The translations under genes were made by a program, and so were the position numbers. From assembly GCA_046309355.1 (NCBI GenBank), contig JBKCPL010000031.1, forward strand, positions 70,520 through 134,519: a stretch of 64,000 nucleotides of DNA. Reading direction: 5' to 3'. Positions 62,351 to 64,000 of the stretch are shown here, piece by piece; position 1 is the first letter of the stretch; each line of letters opens with the position of its first letter. This stretch comes from Bacteroidota bacterium (GTDB lineage: Bacteria > Bacteroidota > Bacteroidia > UKL13-3). The notes beneath the pieces were generated by a model. The model made no database searches and was not told the origin of the DNA. It saw only the letters and a list, made by a program, of their open reading frames with translations.

Positions 62351-62901
62351 TGTGTGTTTAGTTTTAAATTCAGTTGTATTCCGGCTGCGGCTACAGGCCC
62401 TGCAGGAATAAAACCGGGGTGAATATTCAAAGATAAGTCATCGTTTATATTAAATTCAAAAAAATGTGCTTCCACGGCAGCATCAACTGCCTGTAGAGCA
62501 TACAGCAATACCAGACCTATAATCATTTCATCGCGTGCCTGCCGGTAGCTTGTGCGTACGGCTGCCAGTGTGGTTGTTTGAAAACGGTCGAAACGTATGT
62601 CTCCGTTTTGCTCCACATTATTATTAATGCGGTATAAATAGGCATTGTTGTAATCTACATAATTGGAATGGTAGAACTGTGCTCCGTATACGAGCAGGCC
62701 ACCCCCACCGTATATAATAGGCACCTTCCACCACCAGTTTTTCTTATTGTAAATCTGGCCGGCACCGGGTAATGCCAGCGAAAGCAGGGTTGCCTTTTTG
62801 GGCGAATGCCTGAGTGGCGGGGTTTTCGCTGCAGTAGTGTCTTGTGCGTGCATTGTTGTAACGCATGCACAAAAAAACAAACAGAGGATTAGCCCACGCA
62901 T
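62347..62901 (-). CDS. Hypothetical secreted or periplasmic protein, DUF5683-like.
   Basis: The ATG at 62901 gives the signal peptide MRGLILCLFFCACVTTMHAQ. The Gly-rich region reads LALPGAGQIYNKKNWWWKVPIIYGGGG. It overlaps the dapB start by 4 bp. Confidence 0.45.
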   Translation of the reverse strand: MRGLILCLFFCACVTTMHAQDTTAAKTPPLRHSPKKATLLSLALPGAGQIYNKKNWWWKVPIIYGGGGLLVYGAQFYHSNYVDYNNAYLYRINNNVEQNGDIRFDRFQTTTLAAVRTSYRQARDEMIIGLVLLYALQAVDAAVEAHFFEFNINDDLSLNIHPGFIPAGPVAAAGIQLNLKLNTH

Positions 62902-62943
62902 ACTACGAAAATAATGCATTTATTCTGTTCTAATGTGTTATAA

Positions 62944-62976
62944 AACAAAAACGGGCATTATAGAATGCCCGTTTCA
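62944..62976 (-). terminator. Rho-independent terminator of the rplU-rpmA operon.
   Basis: aacgggcattatagaatgcccgtt is followed on the minus strand by a T-run. Confidence 0.65.
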
Positions 62977-63000
62977 ATTTGTATGCTCCATGAACTGGAA

Positions 63001-63264
63001 TTAAGCTTGTGCTACCGGATCTATGGAAACGAATGAGCGGTCGTTGGCTTTTTTCTTAAACACCACTTTTCCATCAATCAACGCAAACAGGGTATGATCT
63101 TTACCGATGCCTACATTGTTTCCGGGATGATGTTTAGTGCCACGCTGACGTACTATAATGTTGCCGGCAGCTGCAAACTGTCCACCAAATATTTTAACAC
63201 CGAGACGCTTGCTGTGCGACTCACGGCCGTTTTTCGAACTACCTACACCTTTTTTGTGTGCCAT
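63001..63264 (-). CDS. rpmA: 50S ribosomal protein L27.
   Basis: [29 protein letters not shown]... matches L27. Confidence 0.95.
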   Translation of the reverse strand: MAHKKGVGSSKNGRESHSKRLGVKIFGGQFAAAGNIIVRQRGTKHHPGNNVGIGKDHTLFALIDGKVVFKKKANDRSFVSIDPVAQA

Positions 63265-63298
63265 TGTATTCTGTTATTTAAAGGTTATTACTATTAAC

Positions 63299-63610
63299 TT
63301 AAGCTTTGATGGATTCGATTTGTATTTTTGTCAAATACTGACGATGTCCATTCATTTTGCGGTACCCTTTTCTGCGTTTTTTCTTAAAAACCAATACTTT
63401 ATCGCCTTTCAGGTGAGTGAGTACTTTGGCTTTTACAGAAGCTCCGCTAACTGCAGGTGCACCTATTGTTACTTTTCCGTTGTTGTCTACCAACAATACG
63501 TTGTTCAGTTCAATGCTGGCGCCTTCCGCTTCGGGCAAACGATGCACGTATAGCGTTTGGTCTTTTTCTACTTTGAACTGTTGGCCAGCGATTTCCACTA
63601 TTGCAAACAT
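63299..63610 (-). CDS. rplU: 50S ribosomal protein L21.
   Basis: [25 protein letters not shown]... matches L21. Confidence 0.95.
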   Translation of the reverse strand: MFAIVEIAGQQFKVEKDQTLYVHRLPEAEGASIELNNVLLVDNNGKVTIGAPAVSGASVKAKVLTHLKGDKVLVFKKKRRKGYRKMNGHRQYLTKIQIESIKA

Positions 63611-63641
63611 GTTATTTATTATTTATTTGTTAAAAGGACGG

Positions 63642-63649
63642 CAAATATA
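63642..63649 (-). promoter_or_regulatory. Candidate -7 box (TATATTTG on the minus strand) upstream of rplU.
   Basis: It matches TAnnTTTG and lies about 32 nt upstream of the rplU ATG. Confidence 0.35.
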
Positions 63650-63725
63650 GGGCTGCTTACCTTGAATAGCAAATAATCTGTAAATCTTTTTGGAGAGCAC
63701 CGAATCTGAATCAAACATATGATTA

Positions 63726-64000
63726 TCAATTACTTAATAAAAAATTGCTGATATATTGATTCACTTCCTCGGCTTTTTCCATCTGTAGAAAATGTCCGGC
63801 ACCTGAAATTACCTTTACTTGTGCATGCATCATTAGCGCTTCGCATTCCAACGCGAGCGTTTGTACACTTAAAGTTGGATGGAGCAACCGATTAGGAATC
63901 ATTTTATCGTTTTCGCCTAATACTACTAAAGCTGGTTGCTTAATATCGGGTATAAATTGATGCACTTGCTCATTGAGCATTCCATTTATGGACTTGTATG
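63726..64000 (-). CDS. Alpha/beta-hydrolase fold protein, C-terminal part only. The N-terminus lies beyond the window end.
   Basis: ...VLGENDKMIP...ISGAGHFLQMEKAEEVNQYISNFL carries the C-terminal catalytic His motif of alpha/beta hydrolases. The frame stays open to position 64000. Confidence 0.6.
   Translation of the reverse strand, partial: YKSINGMLNEQVHQFIPDIKQPALVVLGENDKMIPNRLLHPTLSVQTLALECEALMMHAQVKVISGAGHFLQMEKAEEVNQYISNFLLSN

Noticed and set aside
1-64000. Search for tRNA, rRNA, tmRNA, RNase P, transposase or integrase genes and other CRISPR arrays.
   Set aside because: All intergenic gaps are shorter than about 200 bp, except the AT-rich 1843..2344 region, and none shows a GC-rich cloverleaf-like or repeat-spacer structure. 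No ORF carries recombinase or transposase motifs.

Overview
The window is a 64 kb chromosomal segment from a Bacteroidota genome, probably of the Chitinophagia or Sphingobacteriia type. The taxonomic call rests on Por_Secre_tail (T9SS C-terminal sorting) domains, a long-form YidC, a long-form IspG, candidate TAnnTTTG -7 promoter boxes and the pyrG and yidC genes lying close together. Coding density is high and several of the track's ORF starts are TTG or GTG. Most genes are housekeeping: cinA, a 2-oxoacid dehydrogenase E2, kdsB, pyrG, yidC, ettA, ispG, mlaEF, glmM, ychF, ispB, trxA, dnaE, a DPP4-like peptidase, rlmH, clpC, lepB, dapB, rpmA and rplU. I found no tRNA, rRNA, CRISPR array, transposase or integrase. 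Three regions stand out. (1) At 30635..39770 there is a tight six-gene minus-strand operon in which every product has a Sec signal peptide. It encodes two catalytically intact caspase-like (clan CD, C14-type His/Cys dyad) proteases, one of them fused to about 550 residues of WD40 repeats in a 1157-residue protein. The other four products are an FGE-sulfatase/SUMF1-fold protein, a protein with TPR-like repeats followed by WG (KWG) repeats, and two unknown secreted proteins. This looks like an uncharacterised cell-envelope caspase system and is the top candidate for a novel system. (2) At 21436..25901, mlaE and mlaF have no MCE/MlaD partner and are instead followed by three c-type cytochrome lipoproteins, a beta-barrel outer-membrane protein and a YceI protein. 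The cytochromes carry 'Planctomycete cytochrome c' (PSCyt1)-like domains, some with unusual CX4CH motifs. (3) At 51252..53137 a lipoprotein fuses a PSCyt1-like heme c domain to a copper type-II (DBH/PHM-like) monooxygenase and is paired with a thioredoxin-like protein. A lysine- and alanine-rich histone H1-like gene built from near-perfect 27-nt tandem repeats is also present. I could not run homology searches, HMM scans or folding tools, so every call rests on motifs read by eye.
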